A stretch of DNA of 64,000 nucleotides. Origin: a virus (lineage: Duplodnaviria; Caudoviricetes). Below the pieces are notes generated by a model. That model was not told the DNA's origin and did no database searches. It worked only from the letters and a program-made list of their open reading frames with translations. Below, in pieces: positions 8,308 to 17,586 of the stretch. Location: positions 32,001-96,000 of the IMG/VR virus record IMGVR_UViG_3300032332_000934; one strand, 5' to 3'. Numbering within the stretch: the stretch's first letter is position 1; the number at the start of each line of letters is the position of its first letter. A program made the translations under genes and the position numbers.

Positions 8308-9274
8308 TGATAGCCTTTCTTAAATCAAATAAATAAACCTTTTGTTTTGCTGAATTAACCACTATATCAGAAGATGATTTCATCAATGTAATTATTTGTG
8401 CAGAAGAAAGGTTTGGCTTTGCAGCCTTTAAAGCCACATATTTTGCAGCAATAACTTGAGTTGAAACAGAAGTTCCAAGCGAAATTCCATTTGTATTACC
8501 AGGGTAAATAGACTTACTATTCCATTCTCCCCAGATATCAACAAGATTTTTATCATAATTACTTTGTATATTAAACTTTGGCTTACTTAATTTTCCTATT
8601 TCATCATTAACAGAAACTCCACCAACTGCAATAGACTGGGCTATGCACGATGGCCATTCAATTTTGTTTTTCATTCTAGGATCTGCACCACTGTTTCCAG
8701 ATGGAAAGAATACTGGAATACCAGAGTTGCTCAAATCAGTAACCACTTTATCTAAAGGTGTTACTACACAATAGCTTGAGTTTGATGGCTTATTGATAAC
8801 AGGCCCAGTCGCTCCCTGCGATGCAGATACCGCAACTATGTTATATTTTTCTCTATTAACGCTAACCCAATTTAATGCATTTACTAAAGTGCTAATACCA
8901 GTTCTTTCTCTTTCCCCTGATGATGTATTCCCAAAGATTCTAACAAAAACTATATTTAGATCTGGGTTGCTTTGCAATGCTATTGAAGCCATTTGAGTAC
9001 CATGGCTAAAGTTTATATTAGAAAGAATATTCATTGGAAGAGTGGTAGATCCTTCGCCTTCCATAAAAGAACTACCATTAGGGCAAGATGGCCAATCAAG
9101 TATACAAACTTCTCCAGCCAACCGTGATTTAATTAAAGGTATTGATGTATCTAAAGCAGTATCCAATATGGCTAAAGTTGGAACTAGAGATCTTGTATTC
9201 AGGTTTGCCTGAGCAGGAGTTGCCATAATTGAAATTGAAACGTAAATAATACTAACTGCAATTAGTTTTTTCAT
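8300..9274 (-). CDS. S8 subtilisin-like serine peptidase, secreted
   Basis: AILDT (Asp), HGT (His), SGN (oxyanion), GTS (Ser); signal peptide from MKKLIA at 9274. Confidence 0.88.
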   Translation of the reverse strand: MKKLIAVSIIYVSISIMATPAQANLNTRSLVPTLAILDTALDTSIPLIKSRLAGEVCILDWPSCPNGSSFMEGEGSTTLPMNILSNINFSHGTQMASIALQSNPDLNIVFVRIFGNTSSGERERTGISTLVNALNWVSVNREKYNIVAVSASQGATGPVINKPSNSSYCVVTPLDKVVTDLSNSGIPVFFPSGNSGADPRMKNKIEWPSCIAQSIAVGGVSVNDEIGKLSKPKFNIQSNYDKNLVDIWGEWNSKSIYPGNTNGISLGTSVSTQVIAAKYVALKAAKPNLSSAQIITLMKSSSDIVVNSAKQKVYLFDLRKAING

Positions 9275-9281
9275 AAGACTA

Positions 9282-9310
9282 ATCTTACTAAATACAGTGC
9301 TGTTTGTCAA
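9282..9310 (-). promoter_or_regulatory. sigma70-type promoter, leaderless
   Basis: TTGACA-17 nt-TAAGAT, 7 nt before ATG 9274, no SD. Confidence 0.7.
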
Positions 9311-9315
9311 TAGTT

Positions 9316-9492
9316 TTAGTTTTGTGTTGGGTTCTTGCGTGGATACCATTTACCAGAATCCATATTTTTAAGCTCAGCTGCCTGAGTTTGTGTGTTAATA
9401 ATATTACTCATGATTTCGTGCATTATATCTAATTCAATTCTAAGCTTATATAGTTCAAGCTCTAACAAATCTATTCTTCTTTGTGATCTCAT
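9316..9492 (-). CDS. small coiled-coil hypothetical protein (58 aa)
   Basis: MRSQRRIDLLELELYKLRIELDIMHE...; ATGA overlap with upstream stop. Confidence 0.65.
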   Translation of the reverse strand: MRSQRRIDLLELELYKLRIELDIMHEIMSNIINTQTQAAELKNMDSGKWYPRKNPTQN

Positions 9493-9701
9493 TCTTCTTC
9501 TTCTCTATCAAGTGGCGTTGGTGCAGTTGCCAGTGTGCCACAATTAGCACACTCCATATCTAAAAAATAAGTTGCAATTTCGCAATTATCAAAAATAACT
9601 TTAAGGTTCCATATTTCACAACCACATGGGCATACATGTGTTGGTACACCTCTTACGTCCATTGACTGAGAGTAATCTGGTCTTAAGTCGTTGATGTCCA
9701 T
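9489..9701 (-). CDS. small zinc-binding protein
   Basis: CPCG...CANCG; TATACT 6 nt before ATG. Confidence 0.7.
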   Translation of the reverse strand: MDINDLRPDYSQSMDVRGVPTHVCPCGCEIWNLKVIFDNCEIATYFLDMECANCGTLATAPTPLDREEEE

Positions 9702-9715
9702 TCTCTAAGTATACA

Positions 9716-10273
9716 CTAAACTTGAATGTATGTATAGGGGGCTGCTACGCTCATATTAAACTCAGTTGCTGCTTCTAAGGCTGCCTTTAATCTAAGCTTG
9801 GGGTTTTGTTGTTTTTTTGTTGCGTGAAGGGCTCCAAGCGCTATCTGTCCGCCGCTTCCTTCCGCCATGTAGTTAACTATATTTTCTCCAACATGAAAGT
9901 CTTCATCTATGGTAAATAATCTGCCACAAACTCCAACTATAAAAATTCCACCAGTGTCTTCTTCTGATGCTGAACCAATACTTCCGTAGCCATGATCTTT
10001 AAATGCAGCCTTAACAGAATCAACAAACTTAGTTCGCATAAACTTGTCTAAACCTGAATTGGTTTTAGTTGGTGTATATTTTGGAGGAGTCCACATGTAC
10101 TGAAGGATTTGTCCCATACGAAATGAATCTGTAAAAGCAATTCCGTACTGACCATTTTTAAAAACTTTAGGTTCTTTTCTTGACAAGATCCATCCAGTTT
10201 TATCATCTGAGGCGGCGTGGTCGGAGCCCATATACACAACACCATTTTGGGCAATAGCAACAATACAAGTCAT
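9716..10273 (-). CDS. HslV/proteasome-beta-like Ntn-hydrolase peptidase
   Basis: N-terminal M-T-C-I-V, GSD, K-V-F, AEGSGGQIALGAL, ALEAA. Confidence 0.8.
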   Translation of the reverse strand: MTCIVAIAQNGVVYMGSDHAASDDKTGWILSRKEPKVFKNGQYGIAFTDSFRMGQILQYMWTPPKYTPTKTNSGLDKFMRTKFVDSVKAAFKDHGYGSIGSASEEDTGGIFIVGVCGRLFTIDEDFHVGENIVNYMAEGSGGQIALGALHATKKQQNPKLRLKAALEAATEFNMSVAAPYTYIQV

Positions 10274-10294
10274 ACCTTCATTGTACTATTTTAA

Positions 10295-10609
10295 TTATTC
10301 TGTGTCCAGCATCTCATGATACTCTAAGTGATTTAATTGGCTGATTACATTATCTAATTCAGATTTCATTTCAATTAAATCCTGGATGGCTTTATAATAT
10401 TTATCTTTCCATTCAGTTAATTCTTTTTCTAACTGGTATAACTCTATTTTAAGGTCTTTTATATCTAATCTAAGCTGGTCTTTTTCTTTCTCTTCCCGCC
10501 TATTTCTTTCCCTTTTGGCGTCTCTAACTCCAGCAACTATTGCAGTTCCAAAACCGCTAAGGGTAGCTGCCAATATTGATATTAATATTGTTATATATGA
10601 TATTTCCAT
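10295..10609 (-). CDS. membrane-anchored coiled-coil protein
   Basis: N-terminal hydrophobic helix followed by heptad-rich region. Confidence 0.7.
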   Translation of the reverse strand: MEISYITILISILAATLSGFGTAIVAGVRDAKRERNRREEKEKDQLRLDIKDLKIELYQLEKELTEWKDKYYKAIQDLIEMKSELDNVISQLNHLEYHEMLDTE

Positions 10610-10638
10610 TATATATCATATTATACCTTATAATCAGT

Positions 10639-10878
10639 TTAAACTAATAGCTCTGAAGCTGTTATTTCTGTTCCAACATACTTTCTTTTTTGAATAAAAT
10701 CTTTAACATGTTCATGCCCATTTTGCCTTCCAGCAATTAAAATAACCCATCTAGGCTCAAATTTTTCATCTATGCATGTTTGGCATAAGAATAAATTTAT
10801 ATTCAAAAGAGATGATTTTTTTAAATTTAACTTATTTTTTGTTTTGTTGCATGAGTAGCAAAATATTTTTTCGTTCAT
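10639..10878 (-). CDS. zinc-finger hypothetical protein
   Basis: CYSC...CQTC..EPRW. Confidence 0.7.
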   Translation of the reverse strand: MNEKIFCYSCNKTKNKLNLKKSSLLNINLFLCQTCIDEKFEPRWVILIAGRQNGHEHVKDFIQKRKYVGTEITASELLV

Positions 10879-11387
10879 TCAAAAACCTCTTCACATTCAG
10901 TTTCTTTAAAGAAACGACTAACATCAAATCTGATGTTGTCTCTTGAAAATAGACCAGCAAAATCTTTAACAATCTGCTGGTATTTATCATACTCCATTGT
11001 ATCCTTATATTTTAGCATAATCTTTGCAGCTTGGATATAGTCTTCTTTAAGAAAAGTACAGTCTCCGCTAGATCCTCCAATATGAACTCTTCTTAATACC
11101 TTTTCTGAGATAAATCCACCTGGTTGGTATAAGCGAACGGTAAGGTAGTCCTTTGCAAATCCCCAATCTGTGTATGAGTTATAAACGCTTACAGCGTCAA
11201 CCGCATTGTTAAACTCACGGATCGATCTAACTGGCTGTTCCCCGTCTCTTGCAATTGTCAACATGTACTTATCAAACTGGTTTTTACTAGCCTCTACAAA
11301 TTCATCTACAACTTGAAAATGTGTTTTATTAAGCTGCTGCTCGCTGGCCGTCCGATAATCCTCTAGATATTGTTTTTGGTTACCCAT
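10875..11387 (-). CDS. hypothetical protein
   Basis: 170 aa ORF, ends with DN.RFD..RF motif. Confidence 0.75.
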   Translation of the reverse strand: MGNQKQYLEDYRTASEQQLNKTHFQVVDEFVEASKNQFDKYMLTIARDGEQPVRSIREFNNAVDAVSVYNSYTDWGFAKDYLTVRLYQPGGFISEKVLRRVHIGGSSGDCTFLKEDYIQAAKIMLKYKDTMEYDKYQQIVKDFAGLFSRDNIRFDVSRFFKETECEEVFE

Positions 11388-11685
11388 ATGGTTTTCCTTC
11401 TAACTCGACTCTAACTCCGTAAGATTCAAGAAGCTTCTTTGCCCTTGAAACATAATCAATAACTTTTTCTTTTTCAATTCCATCAAATTGTATAAAGTTA
11501 TCTTCATACAATCTTAATGCTAAAAACTCTGGGTACTGAACAACATCCATAAGTAGGAACATTGGCTTATTCAGCTCTCTTAGTTTATTTTTCATCTCTA
11601 AGTTATAAAAAACTGGTTTGTTTGGCTCACCAGTCCACTGATTCATTCCATATTTAAAATGCTTGTCATCATAAACATTAGACAT
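11380..11685 (-). CDS. hypothetical protein
   Basis: ORF; likely start MSNVYDD overlapping whiB stop. Confidence 0.7.
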   Translation of the reverse strand: MSNVYDDKHFKYGMNQWTGEPNKPVFYNLEMKNKLRELNKPMFLLMDVVQYPEFLALRLYEDNFIQFDGIEKEKVIDYVSRAKKLLESYGVRVELEGKPYG

Positions 11686-11989
11686 TTTGTTTTGCTCTAA
11701 TCTGTTTCCATATGTCTTTTGTCTTATGAACATTTTTCATTTTATCAATTAATCCTGAAGATAAATATACTCCGCCCCAAACACCATATTCATTATTTTC
11801 AATCCCAGATTGGTGGCATATCTTCATAACTGGGCAAGACAGGCAGCATTGATCTATAGCCTTGGCCATATTTATATCAGATTCATATTTGTCAAAAAAT
11901 AGATTGGTGTCCATTCCGCTACATGCAGCAAGGTGCCACCATCTAATTGACTGTTCATCTGAATCTAATTCATTTAAAATATTTGACAT
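11678..11989 (-). CDS. whiB: WhiB family Fe-S transcription factor
   Basis: W..AAC...D.NLFF...C..CPV...C......E.GVWGG. Confidence 0.92.
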   Translation of the reverse strand: MSNILNELDSDEQSIRWWHLAACSGMDTNLFFDKYESDINMAKAIDQCCLSCPVMKICHQSGIENNEYGVWGGVYLSSGLIDKMKNVHKTKDIWKQIRAKQNV

Positions 11990-12203
11990 ACTTTGTTGGC
12001 AATACCCAAACTCCATCTTTATTAACAGCAAATTTGCTACTAATGCCCCAATTATTTTTTCTATATTCTCCGTTTACATTAAAAAACCCAGAAGAATTTT
12101 TTTTCCATAGGATAACGTCATAGTTATTCCATCTAATCTCTAAACTATTTGAATTTGCTCTTTTCTTTAAAAGCTCAACACCTGATTCATAAAGACATAT
12201 CAC
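11970..12203 (-). CDS. hypothetical protein
   Basis: 77 aa ORF, ATGA overlap with upstream stop. Confidence 0.7.
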   Translation of the reverse strand: MICLYESGVELLKKRANSNSLEIRWNNYDVILWKKNSSGFFNVNGEYRKNNWGISSKFAVNKDGVWVLPTKYVKYFK

Positions 12204-12895
12204 TGTATGGCTCCTCCAGAATTTATATGCCTTAAATGTATCTTATCTACAGTTAAGTACTTAGGTGATTCTGATATAAATTTAATTACATCAAAGATAT
12301 CTTCTGGCGTCATAGAGCAATCTTCCATATCTTCTTTTCTAAAGCTATTTACTGTAGAAATTATTAAATCTGTACTTCTTATAGGATAGATGTCTTTAAC
12401 TAAAAAGTCAAGCATTTTACTCTCTGAATTTTTTGCCAGATGGTATGGCAATCCAACATTATTTGTGTTTATTTGTCCTGCTACTGATGACAATGTAAAT
12501 ATTATAGGGTTTTCTTGCTTATTCATTTTTGTCATAATTGATTTTATTACTTCAAAGGTTCCAAATACATTTAAATTAAATGCCTCATTAAATTCTTTTG
12601 TTGTATATTCTTTTAGTCCGCCGTCTTTAGGTCCAGTCATGTCACCACCTGCAGAATTTACTAATATATCCACCTGGGTATCCCCTATAACACTTAATAG
12701 ATTTTTTATGCTATCTTCTAATGTAATATCTAATACAACTGGTATTATATTTTCCCCACCAGGACGTCTAGTTAAATCGTCTAGGTATGGCATTCTTCTA
12801 GAGCAAGCAAATACCTTGTATCCAAGACTTGAGAATCCTAATGCTACAGCTTTTCCAATTCCAAAGCTTGCGCCTGTTACAACAACAACTTTAAT
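12200..12895 (-). CDS. short-chain dehydrogenase/reductase (SDR), apparent ATT start
   Basis: Frame extends upstream of the called Met through (I)KVVVVTGASFGIGKAVA; LVNSAG, NVFG, SSVAG, YHLAK motifs; in-frame TAA two codons before the ATT. Confidence 0.8.
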   Translation of the reverse strand: MKVVVVTGASFGIGKAVALGFSSLGYKVFACSRRMPYLDDLTRRPGGENIIPVVLDITLEDSIKNLLSVIGDTQVDILVNSAGGDMTGPKDGGLKEYTTKEFNEAFNLNVFGTFEVIKSIMTKMNKQENPIIFTLSSVAGQINTNNVGLPYHLAKNSESKMLDFLVKDIYPIRSTDLIISTVNSFRKEDMEDCSMTPEDIFDVIKFISESPKYLTVDKIHLRHINSGGAIQ

Positions 12896-12903
12896 TTTTT
12901 AGC

Positions 12904-13050
12904 CTAACTCTTTTGTTTTACAGTCAATATCTTGACAGATTTGACTTCGTCATCAACACCAAATATGTCTGATACATATTCCTTTGCATCCTCTTCATCA
13001 AAAGCTTCAACCTCTACTGAGATTTCTAACTTGATAGAGTATTTTTTCAT
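12904..13050 (-). CDS. small acidic hypothetical protein (48 aa)
   Basis: MKKYSIKLEISVEVEAFDEEDAKEYVSDIFG... Confidence 0.7.
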   Translation of the reverse strand: MKKYSIKLEISVEVEAFDEEDAKEYVSDIFGVDDEVKSVKILTVKQKS

Positions 13051-13656
13051 TTATTTAACTGACAATGTCTTTCCGCCACCAGAAGATTTTTTTGTAGTAG
13101 TTTTAATTTCTTTTGTGGCTGTTTTATTTAACAATACTGCATTTTCTTCACCAGCATAAATTGGACGTCCCCAACCAACTACAGCATTAACTAACTTCTT
13201 TTTATTGTTTTTTACATAGCCACGTGTTTTTTCGACGCACATTCCTCCGTTACGCTGATCTCCCTTTGCTGTTCCTGAAGTGTTTCCTTCAATAACTTGA
13301 ATTGTTCCGTCCCCATTGTTCTTAATGCAAAGGCCAACATGTGAGATACGATTTACGCCATCTTCTGGAAAATCAAAAAAGATCCAGTCTCCAGCAGTTG
13401 GATCATCATTACGGGCATCTGACCAACGTCCTTCCTTCTTAAATTGATCTGATGCTGCTACGGTTGAAGCGCTCTTAGGAAACTTTGAAACGCCTGCAGT
13501 AAATGCACACCAAGAAACGAACGACTGACACCATGGTTGAAAGTTAGCCTTCATCCATGCGCCGTACTTTGTTTCATTATCTTTAGGGCCTTCAATTGTG
13601 CCCACTTCCTTTTTTGCAACCTCAATGATTGCTTCTAAAGATCCTTTTGCTGCCAT
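13051..13656 (-). CDS. CHAP-domain peptidoglycan hydrolase (endolysin candidate)
   Basis: N.TKYG.W...PWC..FVSW, GD..FF, HVG, IEGNT. Confidence 0.88.
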   Translation of the reverse strand: MAAKGSLEAIIEVAKKEVGTIEGPKDNETKYGAWMKANFQPWCQSFVSWCAFTAGVSKFPKSASTVAASDQFKKEGRWSDARNDDPTAGDWIFFDFPEDGVNRISHVGLCIKNNGDGTIQVIEGNTSGTAKGDQRNGGMCVEKTRGYVKNNKKKLVNAVVGWGRPIYAGEENAVLLNKTATKEIKTTTKKSSGGGKTLSVK

Positions 13657-13728
13657 GATATTCTCCTAATCAATTAAAGACATTGTGTCATAAGAATAGT
13701 ATACCATTTTTATTATTTTTTATCAGAT

Positions 13729-14022
13729 CTAGGCTTTATTAGATTTTTTGTCTACTGCTAAAAATGCAGCATTTATCTCTGCTACGGTAAGTTTTCCATC
13801 ATCCAGGAAACCCCTTGCAAGCCTTTCAATTACGGTTGCAACTCCAAGGGTACCTGCTAATACAACTGCCTTATAGGTTTCAATCCCTACAATTGCTCCT
13901 GCTCCAATTACTGATAACCCAGATGCTGCAAACACTGCAACTATTCTCATTACAATATTATTAATATTTGCAATTGCTCCTGACCCTACCTGCTTTGGTT
14001 CTTCTATATACGCTTTAGCCAT
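13729..14022 (-). CDS. small membrane protein (holin candidate)
   Basis: Two hydrophobic helices; immediately upstream of the CHAP gene. Confidence 0.55.
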   Translation of the reverse strand: MAKAYIEEPKQVGSGAIANINNIVMRIVAVFAASGLSVIGAGAIVGIETYKAVVLAGTLGVATVIERLARGFLDDGKLTVAEINAAFLAVDKKSNKA

Positions 14023-14252
14023 TATTTATCCTCTTTTCTTAGTGGTATTGTAATTAACCACACTATTGTTACTGCTAATACTGCAATGCCAACAATATCT
14101 CTTGCTGATCCCGTCAAAGTTAGCCATGCTATAAAGAAGCCAAGGAGGGTGAATGCTTGTGCAATTAATTCCATTCCTGCGTCTTTAAACCATTTGATTA
14201 ATCCTTTAAGCATTTTTCCTATAAGATTGATGGCTTTTTTGATTATTTTCAT
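14022..14252 (-). CDS. small two-TM membrane protein
   Basis: FTLLGFFIAWLTL and IVGIAVLAVTIVWLI helices. Confidence 0.7.
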   Translation of the reverse strand: MKIIKKAINLIGKMLKGLIKWFKDAGMELIAQAFTLLGFFIAWLTLTGSARDIVGIAVLAVTIVWLITIPLRKEDK

Positions 14253-16348
14253 TTGTTCCTCCTTATTACTGCCCCTGCAATTTGTGATACTATGATCACT
14301 GGGACAATTACTTCTTGCGCTTTTTCTCTCTGATCGTCTGTCATGTCCATACCTAACTCAGAGAAATTAGATAAAAGTTCTATTGGGTCCACCGCAAATA
14401 CAGCTCCAAGTGGGTCTGATAAAAATGCCTCTGTTTGTACTTCTGTTACTGCATCTGCTAATGTAAATGGCATTGCTGTCTCCCCTGCAGAATCTGCTCT
14501 GTCATTAAACTCAACAAATGCTGAAGCAAGTGCTGGGTTAGACTTCATCTGCTCAGCAATCTGTGCAATTTCTGAAGCCTTGATACCAAGATTACCTGCA
14601 ACCTCTTGCTTTGCTTCTTGTGTCAATGCTCTAAGAGTTTGGCTAACTGCTGTGATTTGCTCTGCAGAAAGTTTAACTAATTTATTATCCTTGCTTGTAA
14701 GGTTTGCAATAACTCCAGACAAATCTTCTGAAGTTCCCATTCCTTTTTCAGGAATCAGTGCTGCTAAAACTGCATCTTTAATTTCTACATCTGGGGTAGT
14801 CCAAGGGTTCTCTTCTGGCTTTGGCTCAGGTTCTGGAGATGGTTCAGGAGCAGGCTCTTCAGTTGCTTCTGGGGTAGGTTCAGGAGTTGGTGGTTCTTCT
14901 GCTGTAGGCTCAGGTGTAGGCTGGTCTGTAGGGTCCACTGTAGGCTCTGGAGAAGGCTCTGGTGTAGGAGGCTCTTCTGCTGTAGGTTCTGGGCTTGGTT
15001 CTGGGGTAGGTGGTTCCTCAGCAGTTGGTTCTGGCGAAGGCTCTGGTGTGGGGGCAACAGTTGGTTCTGGATCTGGGCTGGCCTCTGGGGTAGGCTGATT
15101 GGCTGCAGCATTGGCTGCTGCTTGAGCAATAGCAGCATTAAGTTCTCTTTGTGATTGCTCGTCATAGTAACGCCATGCGTTATCAATTGCACTGTTAACA
15201 TTATTAATTGCTTGTTCATATGCGTCAATTGCATTATTTTTATTTTGTAATGCTGTTGCAACATTTAAAATTGAATTATTATATTCAGTTGTTTTATTAG
15301 TTAGGGTTTGATTGTAACCATTTAATGTTGAAACTGATTGGTTATAAACATTTAGTTTATCATTGTATACATCTTGGGCTGCGTTCTTTGCAGCGAGTGC
15401 ATTGTTGTAGTCGTTGGTCTGTTCTTGAGTTGCTCCAGATCCAGAAGAAAATGTGTTTAAATTACAACTAAAGTTTTGTCCCCATACTCTTGGATTTCCA
15501 GCATAGTCACAACCTGCTCCAGTCCATCCTCCAGGAATTCCCCATCCAAGATGATAGGATCCTGGCCCCCCACCGTTGTACCACCAGATCTCTACATCAA
15601 AAACTTTATCGCTTGTTACATCATATACAGGAGAATAAGCACTCCAAGTTGTTCCTTGCTCCCGCCAATTATTAATGGCAAGTTCTCCATCAATGTACAT
15701 TCTAAAACCATCATCTGTATATCCTGCAAAGTATGCCTGTGTAAACCATGAAGGAACTGTTATTTTTCCAGTAAATTTAACTATAAAGTTTTCATATCTA
15801 TTACCACAAACTGGACGAGTCATGTAGTTTCCATTTAGTGTTCCACTACATAAGAATTGATCTGTGGCTGCAAGGCCATCAACCCTGATTAAACTATAAA
15901 CATTGTATGATAAACCAGCACCACCAGCATTATTTAATGCTTGCTGAGCAGTTGATAAATTAATATTTGCTACACCAAGAGCATCGTAGGCATTGTTCTT
16001 ATTAGTTAGTGCAGTTGCTACTGTGACTGTTTGCCTATCTACTGCTGTTTGGGCTAATGCTTTTTGTTCCCCTGCCGTGGTTTTTAGGACAAGGGAGTTG
16101 TCATATAGGGTAGAGTTTTGAGTTTGCGCTTCTTTTGCAGATACTGCAAGGGCATATTTATCTTCTGCCTCTTGAATTAAAGATATGAATTCATCTTGGT
16201 ATCCAAGGTCATCTACGCTGTCATTAAGGTTTTGTATTTCTTGAGCTGCTAAGCTTAGTGGATCATCACTATAGGCGGGAGACATAAAAAGCCATCCAAA
16301 TGCAAGCATTATGGACGCTGTTATTCTAAATAACTTTTCCCTTTTCAA
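14249..16348 (-). CDS. surface protein: signal peptide, coiled coil, PA14 domain, Pro/Thr/Glu linker, C-terminal membrane anchor
   Basis: F.G.I..P....F....DDGFR.YIDG...I.NW..QG and WWY..GG PA14 motifs; PTPEPSPE repeats; hydrophobic end followed by RR. Confidence 0.82.
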   Translation of the reverse strand: MKREKLFRITASIMLAFGWLFMSPAYSDDPLSLAAQEIQNLNDSVDDLGYQDEFISLIQEAEDKYALAVSAKEAQTQNSTLYDNSLVLKTTAGEQKALAQTAVDRQTVTVATALTNKNNAYDALGVANINLSTAQQALNNAGGAGLSYNVYSLIRVDGLAATDQFLCSGTLNGNYMTRPVCGNRYENFIVKFTGKITVPSWFTQAYFAGYTDDGFRMYIDGELAINNWREQGTTWSAYSPVYDVTSDKVFDVEIWWYNGGGPGSYHLGWGIPGGWTGAGCDYAGNPRVWGQNFSCNLNTFSSGSGATQEQTNDYNNALAAKNAAQDVYNDKLNVYNQSVSTLNGYNQTLTNKTTEYNNSILNVATALQNKNNAIDAYEQAINNVNSAIDNAWRYYDEQSQRELNAAIAQAAANAAANQPTPEASPDPEPTVAPTPEPSPEPTAEEPPTPEPSPEPTAEEPPTPEPSPEPTVDPTDQPTPEPTAEEPPTPEPTPEATEEPAPEPSPEPEPKPEENPWTTPDVEIKDAVLAALIPEKGMGTSEDLSGVIANLTSKDNKLVKLSAEQITAVSQTLRALTQEAKQEVAGNLGIKASEIAQIAEQMKSNPALASAFVEFNDRADSAGETAMPFTLADAVTEVQTEAFLSDPLGAVFAVDPIELLSNFSELGMDMTDDQREKAQEVIVPVIIVSQIAGAVIRRNK
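14815..15095. repeat. coding PTAEEPPTPEPSPE-type linker repeats
   Basis: Three near-identical PTAEEPPTPEP units plus degenerate copies; boundaries approximate. Confidence 0.75.
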
Positions 16349-16357
16349 CTATGGCTC

Positions 16358-16393
16358 CTAAGTAAGCAAAATGCTTACCTAGTAATTATACCA
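16358..16393 (-). promoter_or_regulatory. extended -10 promoter plus hairpin
   Basis: TGGTATAAT at 16393-16385; stem CTAGGTAAGCA/TGCTTACTTAG. Confidence 0.6.
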
Positions 16394-16398
16394 CTTAG

Positions 16399-16587
16399 CT
16401 ATTTAGGATTATCTGTTTTATAAAATCCATTACCTTTAAACTGTACCCCAACTGTAGTAAAAAACCTTGTCATATTAGATTCACATTCAACACATGTATA
16501 ACCTGGATCACTATCTGTAATTGATCTGTTAATTGACATTAGTGGATGTGCTTCATCATATGAGCACTTGTATTCATATACTGGCAT
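16399..16587 (-). CDS. FmdB family zinc-ribbon protein
   Basis: MPVYEYKC...CVEC...FKGNGFYKTD. Confidence 0.88.
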   Translation of the reverse strand: MPVYEYKCSYDEAHPLMSINRSITDSDPGYTCVECESNMTRFFTTVGVQFKGNGFYKTDNPK

Positions 16588-17179
16588 CTAAATCCAAAAT
16601 AAAATCAAATATTAGTGAAGCTCTAGGCTCATAAACTATTACCTCATGATTCATTCCAGCGGGAATAAAAACTAAATCTCCAGGTTCAATATTTAATGTA
16701 TAACGTTTATTATCCTTATCGTAAACATTCCATTCTATTTTTCCAATACAATGCCAGTTTATTACATCTGTTTGATCAGAATGAATTTCATACTTTTTGT
16801 CATGTTTAATAAAATTAGTTATTGCAGTTACATGAATAGATGAATTACCTTCCATCAATGAGTTGTTTAAAATTTCAGCTACATCATTACATCCATCGAA
16901 GTAACCACTTTTAAAAATATCTTTACCATCTTTAAATACATAAGAGTAATGAGAAAAGGTATCCATAAGGTTATGTTGTGATAAAATTTCTGTTTTAACA
17001 TTTTCATTCATTAAAAACTGACTAGACTTTTTTTCTTTATTATCATAATTATTATTATATTTATAATTTAGATTATTTATAAAATTATCCCACGATGGAA
17101 CATCGCTATTAAAATTTTTTATATGCAAAAATGTATTATTTTTTTTAGCAGATTTTATTTGATCTAATAGAGAAGTCAT
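16574..17179 (-). CDS. JmjC/cupin-type 2OG-Fe(II) hydroxylase
   Basis: HSD.TDV....G...W.V, PGDLVFIPAG..HEV. Confidence 0.8.
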   Translation of the reverse strand: MTSLLDQIKSAKKNNTFLHIKNFNSDVPSWDNFINNLNYKYNNNYDNKEKKSSQFLMNENVKTEILSQHNLMDTFSHYSYVFKDGKDIFKSGYFDGCNDVAEILNNSLMEGNSSIHVTAITNFIKHDKKYEIHSDQTDVINWHCIGKIEWNVYDKDNKRYTLNIEPGDLVFIPAGMNHEVIVYEPRASLIFDFILDLDASI

Positions 17180-17586
17180 TATTTACCGCTTTTCTTCCTA
17201 GCTTTTGCTAATACATCAAAGTCTTTAATCTTTGTTTCTCCCATATATCCCCAAGCGTAACCATCTGCAATCATCTTTTCATTTAATGATACTGATGCAC
17301 CATCAAGGAACACCCAGCCTAAAATGCGACCATATTTTTCAGATGAGTCCATTTTTTCTGTTTTAATAACAACAGACTTTGCGGCCTCAATCTCATGCTT
17401 TAAATAAGCTTTTGCTTCTAAGCCTAGAGATTTTTCCATTTTATCTGTTGTTCTTGACTCTGGCGTATCAATGCCAGCTAGTCTTACTCGTGAGCTAAAT
17501 GATATATCAAACCCTAGATCAATATCAACATCAATTGTATCTCCATCAACTACCTTTGTTACTTTCTTTACATAATATTCAAACAT
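17179..17586 (-). CDS. thermonuclease (SNase-like)
   Basis: KVVDGDTI, RVRL.GIDTPE, KYGRILG, N..MI..GYA. Confidence 0.9.
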   Translation of the reverse strand: MFEYYVKKVTKVVDGDTIDVDIDLGFDISFSSRVRLAGIDTPESRTTDKMEKSLGLEAKAYLKHEIEAAKSVVIKTEKMDSSEKYGRILGWVFLDGASVSLNEKMIADGYAWGYMGETKIKDFDVLAKARKKSGK

